IMG/VR virus record: IMGVR_UViG_2838736955_000001
DNA length: 64,000 nucleotides
Source of the DNA: an uncultured virus (IMG/VR IMGVR_UViG_2838736955_000001)
Taxonomy: Duplodnaviria; Heunggongvirae; Uroviricota; Caudoviricetes
Strand: one strand, 5' to 3'
This document shows positions 26,673-36,699 of this stretch, one piece after another (position 1 is the first letter of the stretch; each line of letters begins with the position of its first letter). Under the pieces are notes generated by a model, which had not been told where the DNA came from, searched no databases, and worked only from the letters and a program-made list of their open reading frames with translations. The position numbers and the translations under genes were made by a program.

Positions 26673-27113
26673 TCAGACCGTGGCGGCGAACGGCGTCACT
26701 TCGGTTCCGGTACCAGATGAGAAGACCTGAACCGACCAGACGCCAGCCTGTACGGCCTTGATCTTGATCCGATCGCCACGAATGCCGCCCCGGGTGGAAC
26801 CATTCAGCGTGATCGTGTCGGAATCAGCTGCGGTCTCGTAGGCTGCAACCGTGTCGCCAGCATCCTGAGCGACGTAGGCTACGCCAGCCATGACATCGAC
26901 GCTGTCGGCGCACTGAATGATCAGTGCGTTCGACGTGATCGAGGTACCGACGTAGATGTCGAACTCCGTGCCGTGACCGAGGCACTTGGGCAGGGTCATG
27001 GTGATACCTGCCGCACGGGAGGCGACGACGGTTACGCCGCCACCGTGGGTGCTGCCGTTGAGCGCCAGCGTGGCGGTATCGGCAACGAAGGGGTAGTATG
27101 CATATGCAGACAT
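26673..27113 (-). CDS. Putative capsid decoration/fibre protein
   Basis: Beta-rich; directly after the capsid gene; GGAGG RBS. Confidence 0.6.
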   Translation of the reverse strand: MSAYAYYPFVADTATLALNGSTHGGGVTVVASRAAGITMTLPKCLGHGTEFDIYVGTSITSNALIIQCADSVDVMAGVAYVAQDAGDTVAAYETAADSDTITLNGSTRGGIRGDRIKIKAVQAGVWSVQVFSSGTGTEVTPFAATV

Positions 27114-27125
27114 GGTGCTTCCTCC

Positions 27126-28118
27126 TTACTGCGATGCCGACATGCCGAAGAGATCGGCCGCGACGCCGAGGCCCCTCTCGTTGCCAACCTTCAGCGTGCC
27201 TTCGCCGATGATTACGCCCTTGTCAGCGTCACCCGTCTTCGCAACGCCCTTGTCTTCCTGGATCTTGCGGAGCCAGAGGAATTCGAGGAATTCCGGGTCG
27301 ATGAAGAAGGTGTTGCGGGCGATGTTGGGCGACGTGGACATGACGCGGTTCGGGTGAACCATGACCGTGCCGAACGGGCCTTCGTACATATCCGCCGAGG
27401 CGACGATCGTACGACGCTCACCGCCATTGCCGGAAACAGCATAGCGGAAAGGAGCAACGTTCGCGTCCGACATGAAGGTGACGAACACCGACTTGATGTA
27501 GGACGAGCCCATGACGTGCTTGAACGATGCGCCGCTCTGGTATCCCTGCTGCATCACGTTATCCAGAATGGTCTTCGTGAATGCGCGCTGGGTGCCGTTC
27601 GTGGCTGCAACGGTGAAGCCGTTGGTGAAGCCGCCGTTGGCGCCACCGGCACCGCGGGAGACGTTTGTCTTGATCCACGAAGGCAGACCACCGAGACGAC
27701 GAACATTGCCGCCGACCGATCCCTGGTTGCTGACGATAGCGTATTCGACGTCCTTGCGGATTTCGACGCCCTTCTTCAGCTTCTGGTACCGGCGCTTCTG
27801 GACCTTGCCGGCTTCGTCGACAACTTCCTGGGTGTTTGAGATCACCCAGTCCTTGCGAAGGATCTGAGTGTAATCGCCGAGGCGTTCCGGCGGAGTGACT
27901 GCTCCGAAGGTGTATTCTTCACCTTCTTCGCGGGCGTTGTCGCCGGGAGGAGCGAGTTCATCCGTTTCCCATTCGGGATGAACAGACGAGCACTTGCCCT
28001 TTTCGATCATGGAATAGATCGGGGTGTCTTCCGGGGTGATGCGGGAGACCACATCCGAAAGCTCTTCACGGTTGCCGACCGCACCAGACGTGCGGACGGT
28101 ATTGGAAATGACAGCCAT
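27126..28118 (-). CDS. Major capsid protein (DUF5309/SU10-like)
   Basis: GNREELSD.V..I.P.DTP...EWETDEL, YTQI..K, LAKTGD-like, GE.TL. Confidence 0.9.
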   Translation of the reverse strand: MAVISNTVRTSGAVGNREELSDVVSRITPEDTPIYSMIEKGKCSSVHPEWETDELAPPGDNAREEGEEYTFGAVTPPERLGDYTQILRKDWVISNTQEVVDEAGKVQKRRYQKLKKGVEIRKDVEYAIVSNQGSVGGNVRRLGGLPSWIKTNVSRGAGGANGGFTNGFTVAATNGTQRAFTKTILDNVMQQGYQSGASFKHVMGSSYIKSVFVTFMSDANVAPFRYAVSGNGGERRTIVASADMYEGPFGTVMVHPNRVMSTSPNIARNTFFIDPEFLEFLWLRKIQEDKGVAKTGDADKGVIIGEGTLKVGNERGLGVAADLFGMSASQ

Positions 28119-28141
28119 GTGCTGATCCTCGATAACAGGGG

Positions 28142-29149
28142 TTAATCGAAGTCGATGTTAAGGGCGTCCTTCATCGACCCGGTTTTGCCCAACCGCTGCA
28201 TCGCATCCTGATTTCGCCGGGACTGCTGTACGTTCGGTCCCTGAGCCCTCGGCTTCGGCGTCACTGGCGCCGGCGCGTTGACCACCTTGTTCATCGCCTT
28301 CTTCTTCGCCTGCTCGGCCGCAAGGCCTAGCTTGGCGTAGTGAATGACGCGGAGGTATCGGTGATCTTCGAAGTTCTGCATCTCCTCATTGGAGAAGCCG
28401 AGTTCGTTGCCAGTTTCGAACGCACCTTGGAAGAACTTTTCGCGGCCCTCCGGAGTAGCTGTTTCAGGGAAATATCCCCTCAACTTGGCATCCTCGGCGG
28501 CAAGCTTTTCGCTCTTCTGCTCGTTCGTCAGCTGCTCGACGACCTTCTTCGGCTCGTTGGCCTGCGAAAGAAGCTGGTTCACGCGAAGAGCTGCGGCCTC
28601 ATAGACGGCTCGCTCTTGGACGTATCTGCCAGGATCCTGCATGGCCAACTCCGGCTTCGGTTCCGGCGGCATCTGACTGATCAGGAATTGTGCAATCGTG
28701 GTGGCCGTGTTGGACACCCGGTTGGAAAGCTCCTCCAGCGATCGGGTCTTGTTCCCGAGGTCGGAGGTTTTGACACGGTAATCGCGCTCCCGCATGTAGC
28801 CGAGCTTGAGCTCCTTGATCGGAACCTGCTCGCCTCCCTTGAGCGTAACAAGGATGTCCTCGTCATTGGTCGACTTGGGCTTTGGCTGTTCGGCCTCTGC
28901 TTGTTCGTCTTCCTGCTCTTCGGTGTTTGCGGATGCATCGGCCTCTTGGTCCGCATCTTGTGCGGCCTCATCCGTCTCGCCGGCGATCCCGTTCGCTTCC
29001 TGGGTTTCCGAGTTGGCCTGTTCGTCGTTTTCTTCTTCGACGGTAGGCTCCCAAAAGTTCAGGTTTTCCGGGTTGTCGATATCGGTCGATGGTGACATTG
29101 CACTATCACTCCCCGGCTGGCCGGGGTTGGTGGTTGCATGGTCCGTCAT
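28142..29149 (-). CDS. Scaffolding protein
   Basis: Acidic N-terminus; EL..GY.RE.DY..KT; precedes the capsid gene. Confidence 0.8.
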   Translation of the reverse strand: MTDHATTNPGQPGSDSAMSPSTDIDNPENLNFWEPTVEEENDEQANSETQEANGIAGETDEAAQDADQEADASANTEEQEDEQAEAEQPKPKSTNDEDILVTLKGGEQVPIKELKLGYMRERDYRVKTSDLGNKTRSLEELSNRVSNTATTIAQFLISQMPPEPKPELAMQDPGRYVQERAVYEAAALRVNQLLSQANEPKKVVEQLTNEQKSEKLAAEDAKLRGYFPETATPEGREKFFQGAFETGNELGFSNEEMQNFEDHRYLRVIHYAKLGLAAEQAKKKAMNKVVNAPAPVTPKPRAQGPNVQQSRRNQDAMQRLGKTGSMKDALNIDFD

Positions 29150-29260
29150 TTGGGTTTGCCTCTTGGGCTGGTGGTCCACGTTCCGGCTGATGCGGGAACG
29201 CCTAGGAACCGGGTTGGCCCGCAGGCTCCCGGTTACGAAGTTCTGAAACTGTGTTGGCTG

Positions 29261-29497
29261 TTAGGCCGGTGCGCTCGTATTCGGCGCGTTAGCCTCTTCG
29301 ACGAGGACGGTGATGGTATTCCGCAGTTTGCGGATGGCGCGAACCTCGGCAGCCATTGCAGCGCGGGTTTCGTGATCAACCGGTTTAGCGTTTACGCAGC
29401 GATCGACGGCGGATTTCTCCATCTCATCCATCAGGACGCCGAAAAGCGGATTATCCAGCATGGCTCGGGCGCAGGCGATGCGTTCTTCGGGTCTCAT
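29261..29497 (-). CDS. Small head-module protein
   Basis: A...L.NP.F motif typical downstream of portals. Confidence 0.6.
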   Translation of the reverse strand: MRPEERIACARAMLDNPLFGVLMDEMEKSAVDRCVNAKPVDHETRAAMAAEVRAIRKLRNTITVLVEEANAPNTSAPA

Positions 29498-29814
29498 TTC
29501 CGCTCCTGTAACGCTTGGTCCCGAGCCGTGTTGAGCCGCGACATTTTCTCATCGCTGCCGCCAGCGTCGGCGTGTGCGGTCTTCGCCAGCTTTCGATAAG
29601 CGGCATTGATTTCTGCGGCAGCTGCAGTGACGGGCAAATTCAGCACCTTAGCCCAGTGGTCGTTTGCTAACCTCGGTGATTGCGATGACTGAAACGGATT
29701 TTCCTTTCTCCGTACACGTTCATCGTACCAAGCTTCCTGCTGGCGCCGGATTGCATCCTCGTACGCCGCCTGCTGAGCTGCAGCAAAACTTTGGCTGAAT
29801 GCCGAATAGGTCAT
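29494..29814 (-). CDS. J-domain protein (HPD motif reads HAD)
   Basis: W.KVL.L......EI.AAYRKLAKTAHADAGGSDEKMSRLN.A. Confidence 0.75.
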   Translation of the reverse strand: MTYSAFSQSFAAAQQAAYEDAIRRQQEAWYDERVRRKENPFQSSQSPRLANDHWAKVLNLPVTAAAAEINAAYRKLAKTAHADAGGSDEKMSRLNTARDQALQERK

Positions 29815-29993
29815 TTGCTTCGCTCCAGATCTTCCAACTGGCGCTTCACTTCGTCGGCCACCAACCTCTCGATGTAGGCCGGAAGAGCCTCCAGCATGCA
29901 GGCCATGGTCTCGTCTATAAGGCCGCCCGGCTGCGCTCTGTGATGGATGCCGAGCTTTTCGAGCAAGACGTTAATTCGTTCGAAGGAGATCAT
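29811..29993 (-). CDS. Hypothetical protein
   Basis: ATGA-coupled ORF. Confidence 0.5.
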   Translation of the reverse strand: MISFERINVLLEKLGIHHRAQPGGLIDETMACMLEALPAYIERLVADEVKRQLEDLERSK

Positions 29994-30220
29994 TGGTCGG
30001 TATCCTTCGCCTTTAGTTGCCAAGGACGTTCAACACCATCCATCAGAGCGAACCATCGCCACGGAGAATAGGCGAAAGACGACACGAGGATGAGCAGCAA
30101 CCACCACGGATTCCGCTCAAGAACGAAGACTGCATACATTGGGCAGCCGATTGTGAAAAACATAACCACAGCTACGTATGCGAGATAGGACCAGCCTATC
30201 CATGAAGGTGTATTTTTCAT
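29990..30220 (-). CDS. Two-TM membrane protein
   Basis: AAGGA RBS; two hydrophobic helices. Confidence 0.6.
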   Translation of the reverse strand: MKNTPSWIGWSYLAYVAVVMFFTIGCPMYAVFVLERNPWWLLLILVSSFAYSPWRWFALMDGVERPWQLKAKDTDQ

Positions 30221-30317
30221 GTTTTCATCCTTTGTCGGAAGGATGGGCGAGCGGGACCGACACCCCGCCCGCCCGTTGCGCAACATGGGTCATCCTGTCG
30301 GGGATGATTGGTGAATT

Positions 30318-31316
30318 TTACGTGGCTCGCCCGGCCCGGTAGAGGGCGCCGAAACGGTCATCCTCAGTTGCAGGAGGCGACCAATCGTAAAGGCCTGCAG
30401 CTACACCAGCGCCGGCGGCTGCAGGTCCAACGCTATTGAACTGGATGATATCTCGGAGCTTTGGGTTGTCGTTGACGTACTGGCGGATGCGCGCCGCTGT
30501 CTCAGGCGCAACGGTCTTGATGTAGTTCGGGTCCGCCATGTAAGCGCGGATTGCTTCGGTCATCAGCTCTCGCGGCACTTCCGCACCACGATAGCCATTT
30601 TGCTCCGGGCCGAAAGGCTTGCCGAAGCTCTGCGGGTTGTTGATGTCGTTGTAGACGCTGCGGAGTTGCGCATTCAGACCGCCATGCGGTATCTCGCCGG
30701 CGGTCTGGTCGATGACATGACCGATTTCGTGCTGTGCTACGCGGCTGCGCTGAGGCTCTTCGAGCGATCGGGAGAGAGCGACATGATCAGGCTCGCCACT
30801 GCTTCCGAACTTTGCCCGGCCCACGTCTCGTCCAAGTTCCGGAGATCCCGGCGCAACGTAACGTATTGCCTCGCCAGTTCGCGCCTTTGCGATCTCGTCC
30901 AGTGCTTCACGCGGTAGGCCCACATCAGGTCCGGACACTTCCCCTCTTCCCACCACATATCGGGCAGAAAGTTGCCTTCCATCAATGTCTGATACAAGCT
31001 TGCCTGCGTCATCAGATAGGGCTCCAGCGGGGTAATCCGCCTCGAACGGACGAGGCGATTTCACCGGAGGATCATACAGTCTTGGGTTCCTGCTGGCAAC
31101 GTTTTCGGTGGATTTTGCGAGGCTCCCGCCCGATGCAACACCTCCAAGCATAAGGCCGGCAGTGTCGACAACCCGGCCCATATCATCTGGCCTTGCGTGC
31201 CCTGCCAGCACATCCCCCGGATAGGTAAAACCGGACCAAACACCTTTCACTGCATCCGCAGGAATGCTGTCATTGAGAATGTATGCCACGATCTTGTCGC
31301 GAAGAGACTCTGTCAC
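30318..31316 (-). CDS. Portal-adjacent protein with HExxH zincin-like motif
   Basis: AQHEIGHVID followed by ELMTEAIRAY. Confidence 0.65.
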   Translation of the reverse strand: MTESLRDKIVAYILNDSIPADAVKGVWSGFTYPGDVLAGHARPDDMGRVVDTAGLMLGGVASGGSLAKSTENVASRNPRLYDPPVKSPRPFEADYPAGALSDDAGKLVSDIDGRQLSARYVVGRGEVSGPDVGLPREALDEIAKARTGEAIRYVAPGSPELGRDVGRAKFGSSGEPDHVALSRSLEEPQRSRVAQHEIGHVIDQTAGEIPHGGLNAQLRSVYNDINNPQSFGKPFGPEQNGYRGAEVPRELMTEAIRAYMADPNYIKTVAPETAARIRQYVNDNPKLRDIIQFNSVGPAAAGAGVAAGLYDWSPPATEDDRFGALYRAGRAT

Positions 31317-33388
31317 CCTGGCATGCCTCCGATCGAGACGTGGCTCATGGGTTCACCCGTAAGCGCCTGAACCGCTGACTGGCGAGACTTCAACTGAAGC
31401 TCCTGCTCAATCTGGTAGCGCTTGAGCGCCATTTCCTGATTGATGCGCTCAAGCTGCAGTTCTCGGTCGTTCGCCAGCTTCTGCTGCGCAAGCTGGAAAT
31501 CCTGCTGCTGCTTTTCGGCCTTTGCCGCAGCTTCGGCTTTTGCTTTTTCCACCTCAGGGTTTGGTTGGTTCGCCTGCTGCTGTTGCATTTGCTCCAGCTT
31601 GGCAATGTCCTGTTCCGTCGGCTTGGTGAAGAACATGTCACCGGACGGTAACCCGGCCGCTTCCACCAGTTTGCCGATCGCGTTCGAAACGTTCTGCGGC
31701 TTCACGAATGGGTTGCCGACGTCACCGTAGGCCGCCAGCAGCTTTTCCTGCACTCCGAGAACCATCTGCACCGCCGCCATGTCCCGCTCTCGCGTGCCGG
31801 CGCCGAGGCCAACATTCGGCGTGGCGTCCATCTCGGCGTTCCACTGGCGCGGATCAAAGGTCACCCACTTCTTGCGGAGCATGACCGTGCGGGGCTTGTC
31901 CTGATGTTTGATGATGAGCTTCAGGAGGCCCTTAAACATGCGCTTGAGACCTCGCGCCGAGGTGCGGACCATAAGTTCGGTCTGGCCGATACCGGACTGT
32001 TCCATCAGTGCCGAGGCAGTAGCCGTGACGTTCTGCAAAGCATCTGCGGGAAGACCACCGGAGGCGTCAGAGATGCCGGTCGTGTCCCGCATACGTTTGT
32101 CGAAGTAATCCAGCATCTGGAACGACGAGGCAGCCACGAACGGAACCTGCGTGAAGCCCAGAGCGGCCCGAACATCGGTGCCCGATGCTACGCGGATCGG
32201 CTTTCCAAATGACGGGTTAAGCACCGCGTCCGGATTGACGATGGCCTCTTCCTGGGCGATCGGCTGCGGCTTGTTCTGCCAGTAGAGGTTATCCAGCGTC
32301 TCGCGAAGAAGGACCGTCTTGACCTTCTGATCGTCCTTCGTGTCGTCGGTGACCGATACGCCTTCGCGCTGATGCGGCCGGCGCTCGATCACGATGTCAG
32401 CGAAAGGAACCTCGTCCCATTCCTCGTTCGAGAGTAGATATTCCTCCTTGATCGCACCGGCGTAGATCAGGCGGCGAAGCTCGGCAATCCCGTCGTCGTC
32501 CTGATCAATGCGAACGTAGAGCTCGTAGTACTCAAGCTCCTCCAGAGCCTTTGGCATGTCGTCGCCGAACTTGAAGATGTCCTGGCGGCGTGTGTCCTCT
32601 TCCATCTCCTTGTCGTCGTTCTCGCCGACGGCCGGGATGCCGTAGATCTTCTTACGGTCGAAGCCCATGGCGACCAGGTCAGACCGGCGCTCGCGGGTGT
32701 TGATGCCGACCAGCGGGCTTTCGTCAAGATCGATCGTGTCCGGGTGCACGAGGAACTGCTCGGGAGGAACTGCCGCGACCACCCACCTCCCCTTTTCCGA
32801 CCGGCGCTTGATCTTGAGATCATAGACCGGCGTCAGGATCGACGAGCCATTCAGATCCTGGATCGTTTCGAATGTCTGGCTGGCCTCCAGCACCTCGACG
32901 GAATCGTCGGCGACGAGCTGCGTGATCGCATCCTCGTCCAGACCGGTATGGTTCGAGACCTGAACCGAGATTTTCTTGTCGTAGTACCAGCGGAGGATGC
33001 CGTTGCGGAGCTTCATTGCATCCGTGAGAGCATCCTCAATAGCCTCGTAGCCTTTGCTCTCAGGCAGGATGACGTAGTTCACGTATTCGGTTGCCTGTTC
33101 GGCTTGGGCCTCTTCACCCTCGGCAACAGGCTCGTATTCGACGACCTTGTCGTTACCAAGCAAGGTGCGGACCAGTGACGGCTTGGCCTTCTTGATATTG
33201 GCACGGACATCGCGGGAGACAACGGACGAGCGACCGACCATCACCGGAACGTCGTTCATCTCACCGTCGAAATACTCGTTCGCCTTGTCGCGGTCGTCGC
33301 CAAGCTCGTTCCGGTAAGACTCGGCGTCTCGGACGAGCGAGGCGACGATCGACGTCAGCTTGTCGGGTTTTGCTTTGGTATCAGCCAT
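31313..33388 (-). CDS. Portal protein
   Basis: 691 aa after TerL; GRSSVVS.DV, TG.SD...G, TAT motifs; coiled-coil barrel at the C-terminus. Confidence 0.9.
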   Translation of the reverse strand: MADTKAKPDKLTSIVASLVRDAESYRNELGDDRDKANEYFDGEMNDVPVMVGRSSVVSRDVRANIKKAKPSLVRTLLGNDKVVEYEPVAEGEEAQAEQATEYVNYVILPESKGYEAIEDALTDAMKLRNGILRWYYDKKISVQVSNHTGLDEDAITQLVADDSVEVLEASQTFETIQDLNGSSILTPVYDLKIKRRSEKGRWVVAAVPPEQFLVHPDTIDLDESPLVGINTRERRSDLVAMGFDRKKIYGIPAVGENDDKEMEEDTRRQDIFKFGDDMPKALEELEYYELYVRIDQDDDGIAELRRLIYAGAIKEEYLLSNEEWDEVPFADIVIERRPHQREGVSVTDDTKDDQKVKTVLLRETLDNLYWQNKPQPIAQEEAIVNPDAVLNPSFGKPIRVASGTDVRAALGFTQVPFVAASSFQMLDYFDKRMRDTTGISDASGGLPADALQNVTATASALMEQSGIGQTELMVRTSARGLKRMFKGLLKLIIKHQDKPRTVMLRKKWVTFDPRQWNAEMDATPNVGLGAGTRERDMAAVQMVLGVQEKLLAAYGDVGNPFVKPQNVSNAIGKLVEAAGLPSGDMFFTKPTEQDIAKLEQMQQQQANQPNPEVEKAKAEAAAKAEKQQQDFQLAQQKLANDRELQLERINQEMALKRYQIEQELQLKSRQSAVQALTGEPMSHVSIGGMPG

Positions 33389-34864
33389 TTACGCGACAGC
33401 CTGCGTCTTGAAGTTCCAGTCAGATGCCGGCTTGTTCACCTTGGCGTGCCGTTTCATCATGAGGGCGTATCGAGATGCTGAAATCACGTCGTCTCGCTCC
33501 TTCACGACCTTGCCGTCCTTCCGGTGATAGAGGCGGAATTCCTCGAACCATTCGCCGCAGGTGGAAAACACCTTCCAGCGCCCGGTCTGCATCCTCTGCA
33601 GCATGTCGAGTAGTCCGGCCTCAACGCCATTTGTTCCGTCTTCGAACGTTGCCCGCTCCGGCAGCATCCCGAGGCCCTGCGCCTTGTATTGCTTGGCCAG
33701 CTGCTCACCGCTGCCCTTGTCGTGCTGCAATCCATCGTGCGGCCACGACCAGGGCAACCAGCTACCCCATGGCTTAAGCGCCGCGGAATGGATGATCGGC
33801 GTGGCCTCGCGCTCGCGATAGGTCTTCGTCACATAGAAGACATCGGCGTCGCGGTCCCACGCGCACCCAGCAGCCCCGAATGGGTGATCCCAACCGAAGT
33901 CCAGCCCGCCGATCTGGACCCAATGCTTTGGGATCTCGAACGGGGCGATAGTGATGCTTTCCTCGGTAACCGGGAAAATCCGGCCCGATCCAAGCGTCGG
34001 AATGCCTTTTGCTCGTGCTTCTCGTTCATGGGCCGGGTAGCTGGCGATGATCTTCGCCCGGTCCTCGGGTGTGTAATGCTCCGCGTCGTCGATCGTCATT
34101 GACGTGACGTGACGCGACAAAGCCCCGACATCGCCAGGAGCCGGCATGATGAACCGAGCAACTACCGTCGAGATGCCGAGCAGCGGCGTGAACGTTGTCT
34201 GCGCGAACTGCCCACGCTGGCCGTTGTTGGTTCGCGTCAGGCCTTCGCTATAGATATCTTCCGGCGGCTCTTCATCGTACCAGACGCCGTCGACCGTCGG
34301 GCCCTGCCATTTCTCGCGGCCTTTCTCGTAGGCCTTAAAGGCGATGATGCTTTCCGATGCCTGGATGTCGCCGCCACCGCCCCAGCGCACCACGACGCTA
34401 TCGAGGAGGTTCGGGACGCCCATGGCGCGAGTGCGGTCAACGATGCAGTCTTGCGGGACGAAGCCGGTACCCCATTGCTCTTCAATTGCCGGCGGTCCGA
34501 TCAGGATACGCTGCGGGTTGTCGCGCGTGCTTTCGCCTGTGACCGAGCCAGCCCAAAGAAGCGGGGCCCTGTTGAACGTCGCGCCTTCCCACCAATCCGG
34601 ATACCGCCCGGTAAGGTGGATTGCCCATTCAGCGCCGCCAGCGATGGTTTTGCCCAGCTGGTTGCCTGCCATGAACAGCCGTTCGGACTTTTCCGCCCCT
34701 GCGGCGTGGAACTCCCGCTGCTTCCGATATGGCTTGTAGAACCGGAGCTTGTTAGTGCGCTGTCTGCGCTCGATCTCCGCCGTTATCTCCATCCTCTCCA
34801 TGAGCAGAGAGGAAAGGCTGGATGGTGGCGTCGAGCTTCCTGATGCGCTCGATGAGCTGTTCAT
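33389..34864 (-). CDS. terL: Terminase large subunit
   Basis: Walker A AGNQLGKT, Walker B VWYDEE, TFTP, nuclease LDFGW and DD..SA.RY. Confidence 0.95.
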   Translation of the reverse strand: MNSSSSASGSSTPPSSLSSLLMERMEITAEIERRQRTNKLRFYKPYRKQREFHAAGAEKSERLFMAGNQLGKTIAGGAEWAIHLTGRYPDWWEGATFNRAPLLWAGSVTGESTRDNPQRILIGPPAIEEQWGTGFVPQDCIVDRTRAMGVPNLLDSVVVRWGGGGDIQASESIIAFKAYEKGREKWQGPTVDGVWYDEEPPEDIYSEGLTRTNNGQRGQFAQTTFTPLLGISTVVARFIMPAPGDVGALSRHVTSMTIDDAEHYTPEDRAKIIASYPAHEREARAKGIPTLGSGRIFPVTEESITIAPFEIPKHWVQIGGLDFGWDHPFGAAGCAWDRDADVFYVTKTYREREATPIIHSAALKPWGSWLPWSWPHDGLQHDKGSGEQLAKQYKAQGLGMLPERATFEDGTNGVEAGLLDMLQRMQTGRWKVFSTCGEWFEEFRLYHRKDGKVVKERDDVISASRYALMMKRHAKVNKPASDWNFKTQAVA

Positions 34865-35114
34865 CCGTCATCTCGCCAATCTGATTCACGTTGATGTTGA
34901 GATCCTTCGGCATCAGAGACGCGACGACCTTCAGGAAGTCCTGCGGGCGCTTCTCGATAACCTTCTGGATTACAGCCGGCCCTTGGCTCTCCCATGCGTG
35001 GAGCAAGTCTTCGAGGAAGGATTCCCCGAGCTTGGTCCGTGCGCCCTTCGGCCTTCCGGTGGAACTGTTATTCCCCGGTAAAAAACGGCCATTTTTGTCG
35101 TCTTTGTCAGCCAC
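34752..35114 (-). CDS. terS: Terminase small subunit
   Basis: GRFLPGN...GRPKGAR motif directly upstream of TerL. Confidence 0.8.
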   Translation of the reverse strand: MADKDDKNGRFLPGNNSSTGRPKGARTKLGESFLEDLLHAWESQGPAVIQKVIEKRPQDFLKVVASLMPKDLNINVNQIGEMTDEQLIERIRKLDATIQPFLSAHGEDGDNGGDRAQTAH

Positions 35115-35267
35115 TCAAATTCCACCTGAATGAAGCAGCCCGACGATCAGAACGATGGCCGGAACATCGGAGTTAACCTTCATCGTTGAGCAGACTCGAC
35201 TCCTCCACCGTCGCGTGAACAAGATCCCATCAACGGGAAGTGCTCAAGAGCGGAGAAACTCGAATCC

Positions 35268-35891
35268 ATGAAAATGGGAAGCCAACTTACAGATGTTCGT
35301 CGATGCCCACATTGCGGCATTGCATCGCCGCTGCTCTATCAAGTGTGGGCCTCACAAGACAACGCGGGCACATCTCGTACAGATGGGCAAAGCCGTAAAG
35401 CTTGGGCCACTTATCTCTGCAGGACTTGCGGTGGAGCGGTCACCGCGGAGGGTCACGGGTCATATATGGGAAACGAAGCTGCCTTCATTTACCCTGACAG
35501 CAAACAAGCACACGAAGATATCCCGCCGATAGCAAGGACCTTTCTGCAGCAAGCTTACGAAACCATGCACGCGCCAGATGCTGCCGCGGTGATGGCCGGC
35601 AGTGCCGTTGACGCTATGCTCAAAGAAAAAGGGTACACGGACGGCTCCCTGTATGTGCGAATTGATGCAGCGCTAAAGGACAACCTGCTCACCCAAGGTA
35701 TGGCCGACTGGGCCCACGAAGTCCGACTTGGCTCGAATCGGCCGAGACATGCAGATGCCGAAAACCCTCACGTTTCTCACGATGAAGCGAAGCAGTCGGT
35801 TGAGTTCGCTGAAGCTCTCGGTAATTTCCTGTTTGTTCTCACCGCGAAAATCGATCGCGGTATCAAAGCAGCAAAGGCTGCCGAAACTTAA
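35268..35891 (+). CDS. DUF4145 (HEPN-like) protein with N-terminal zinc ribbon
   Basis: CPHC, CRTC, AAAVM...AVD, L..RID, VRLGSN...H. Confidence 0.8.
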   Translation: MKMGSQLTDVRRCPHCGIASPLLYQVWASQDNAGTSRTDGQSRKAWATYLCRTCGGAVTAEGHGSYMGNEAAFIYPDSKQAHEDIPPIARTFLQQAYETMHAPDAAAVMAGSAVDAMLKEKGYTDGSLYVRIDAALKDNLLTQGMADWAHEVRLGSNRPRHADAENPHVSHDEAKQSVEFAEALGNFLFVLTAKIDRGIKAAKAAET

Positions 35892-35949
35892 CTTCTCATG
35901 CCGGGAGTTTTTCTATGACTGGCATGGGTTAATCTTGGGAGATTGAAAC

Positions 35950-36240
35950 TTGAAATTCAGCGAGCATTATGTTGTTGCCCGAACAGAAATCGTCGTCGCG
36001 AACATTAACGGAGAAGATCATCATATCCGTGTCGAAGCCCTTGATGATCAAAAAGGCTCATTCTCTACTCGAGCCTACATCCTGAGGTCGGTTAAGGTTG
36101 GTTACGAGTTTCCTATCCCGTCAGATGGACTTTATGCAGACATGTGGCTCGACTTCGATCTTCCGTGGACCCATAGAGACACTGCAGAAGGAGCTATCAA
36201 GCAAGCACTGTCGTTTCTGTTTGAAAGAACAGGTTCATAA
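35950..36240 (+). CDS. Hypothetical protein (moron)
   Basis: GGGAG RBS, TTG start; AT-richer than flanks. Confidence 0.55.
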   Translation: MKFSEHYVVARTEIVVANINGEDHHIRVEALDDQKGSFSTRAYILRSVKVGYEFPIPSDGLYADMWLDFDLPWTHRDTAEGAIKQALSFLFERTGS

Positions 36241-36251
36241 TCTGCCTCTGG

Positions 36252-36386
36252 CTAGGCGGCGCGGACTGGAGTGAGGCCATTCTCTCGGGCAATCCTGCAC
36301 GCATCATCATACGAACTCGCCCAGCACTCGAAAGTCATGGTGGTGGTTGAAGTGCCGTGCAGAACCTTGAGAGTGTAGGTGCGCAT
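36252..36386 (-). CDS. Small protein (44 aa, MRTYTLKVLHG...VRAA) between 17-bp direct repeats
   Basis: Read by hand; repeats at 36243-36259 and 36393-36409. Confidence 0.5.
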   Translation of the reverse strand: MRTYTLKVLHGTSTTTMTFECWASSYDDACRIARENGLTPVRAA

Positions 36387-36622
36387 TTGAGATGCCTTTG
36401 GCTAGGCGGGGGTTAGGCTGGGTCGACCTTGAACTCGCGAAGCTTAACGCCTCGGCGCTCATCGTCCTTCACCATGGCCTTGCCAGCATAGACAAGAGCC
36501 ATGTGGGTAATCACATCATCGTCCGGCGTCACCTTTCGATTGGCGAAAGCATCGTCAACCCACCAACTACTTTCCGCTTTGTCCTTCGAAGGTCAGCCAT
36601 ATCGAGGCCCTTGAGCGAATCA

Positions 36623-36699
36623 ATAAGCCCGAGGCGTTTTCACACTTCGGGCTTATATCCAGTGCGCATTTAATTAGGCTGATTTGCGTAAAACGTCAA
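36623..36699 (-). promoter_or_regulatory. Putative late promoter plus downstream hairpin (pR'/tR'-like)
   Basis: TTGACG-N17-TAATTA on the minus strand, then an ATAAGCCCGA..TCGGGCTTAT stem. Confidence 0.5.

Noticed and set aside
34752..34864. Programmed frameshift between terS and terL
   Set aside because: The overlap is explained by independent starts (ATG at 34864 or 34801 region); no clear slippery site.
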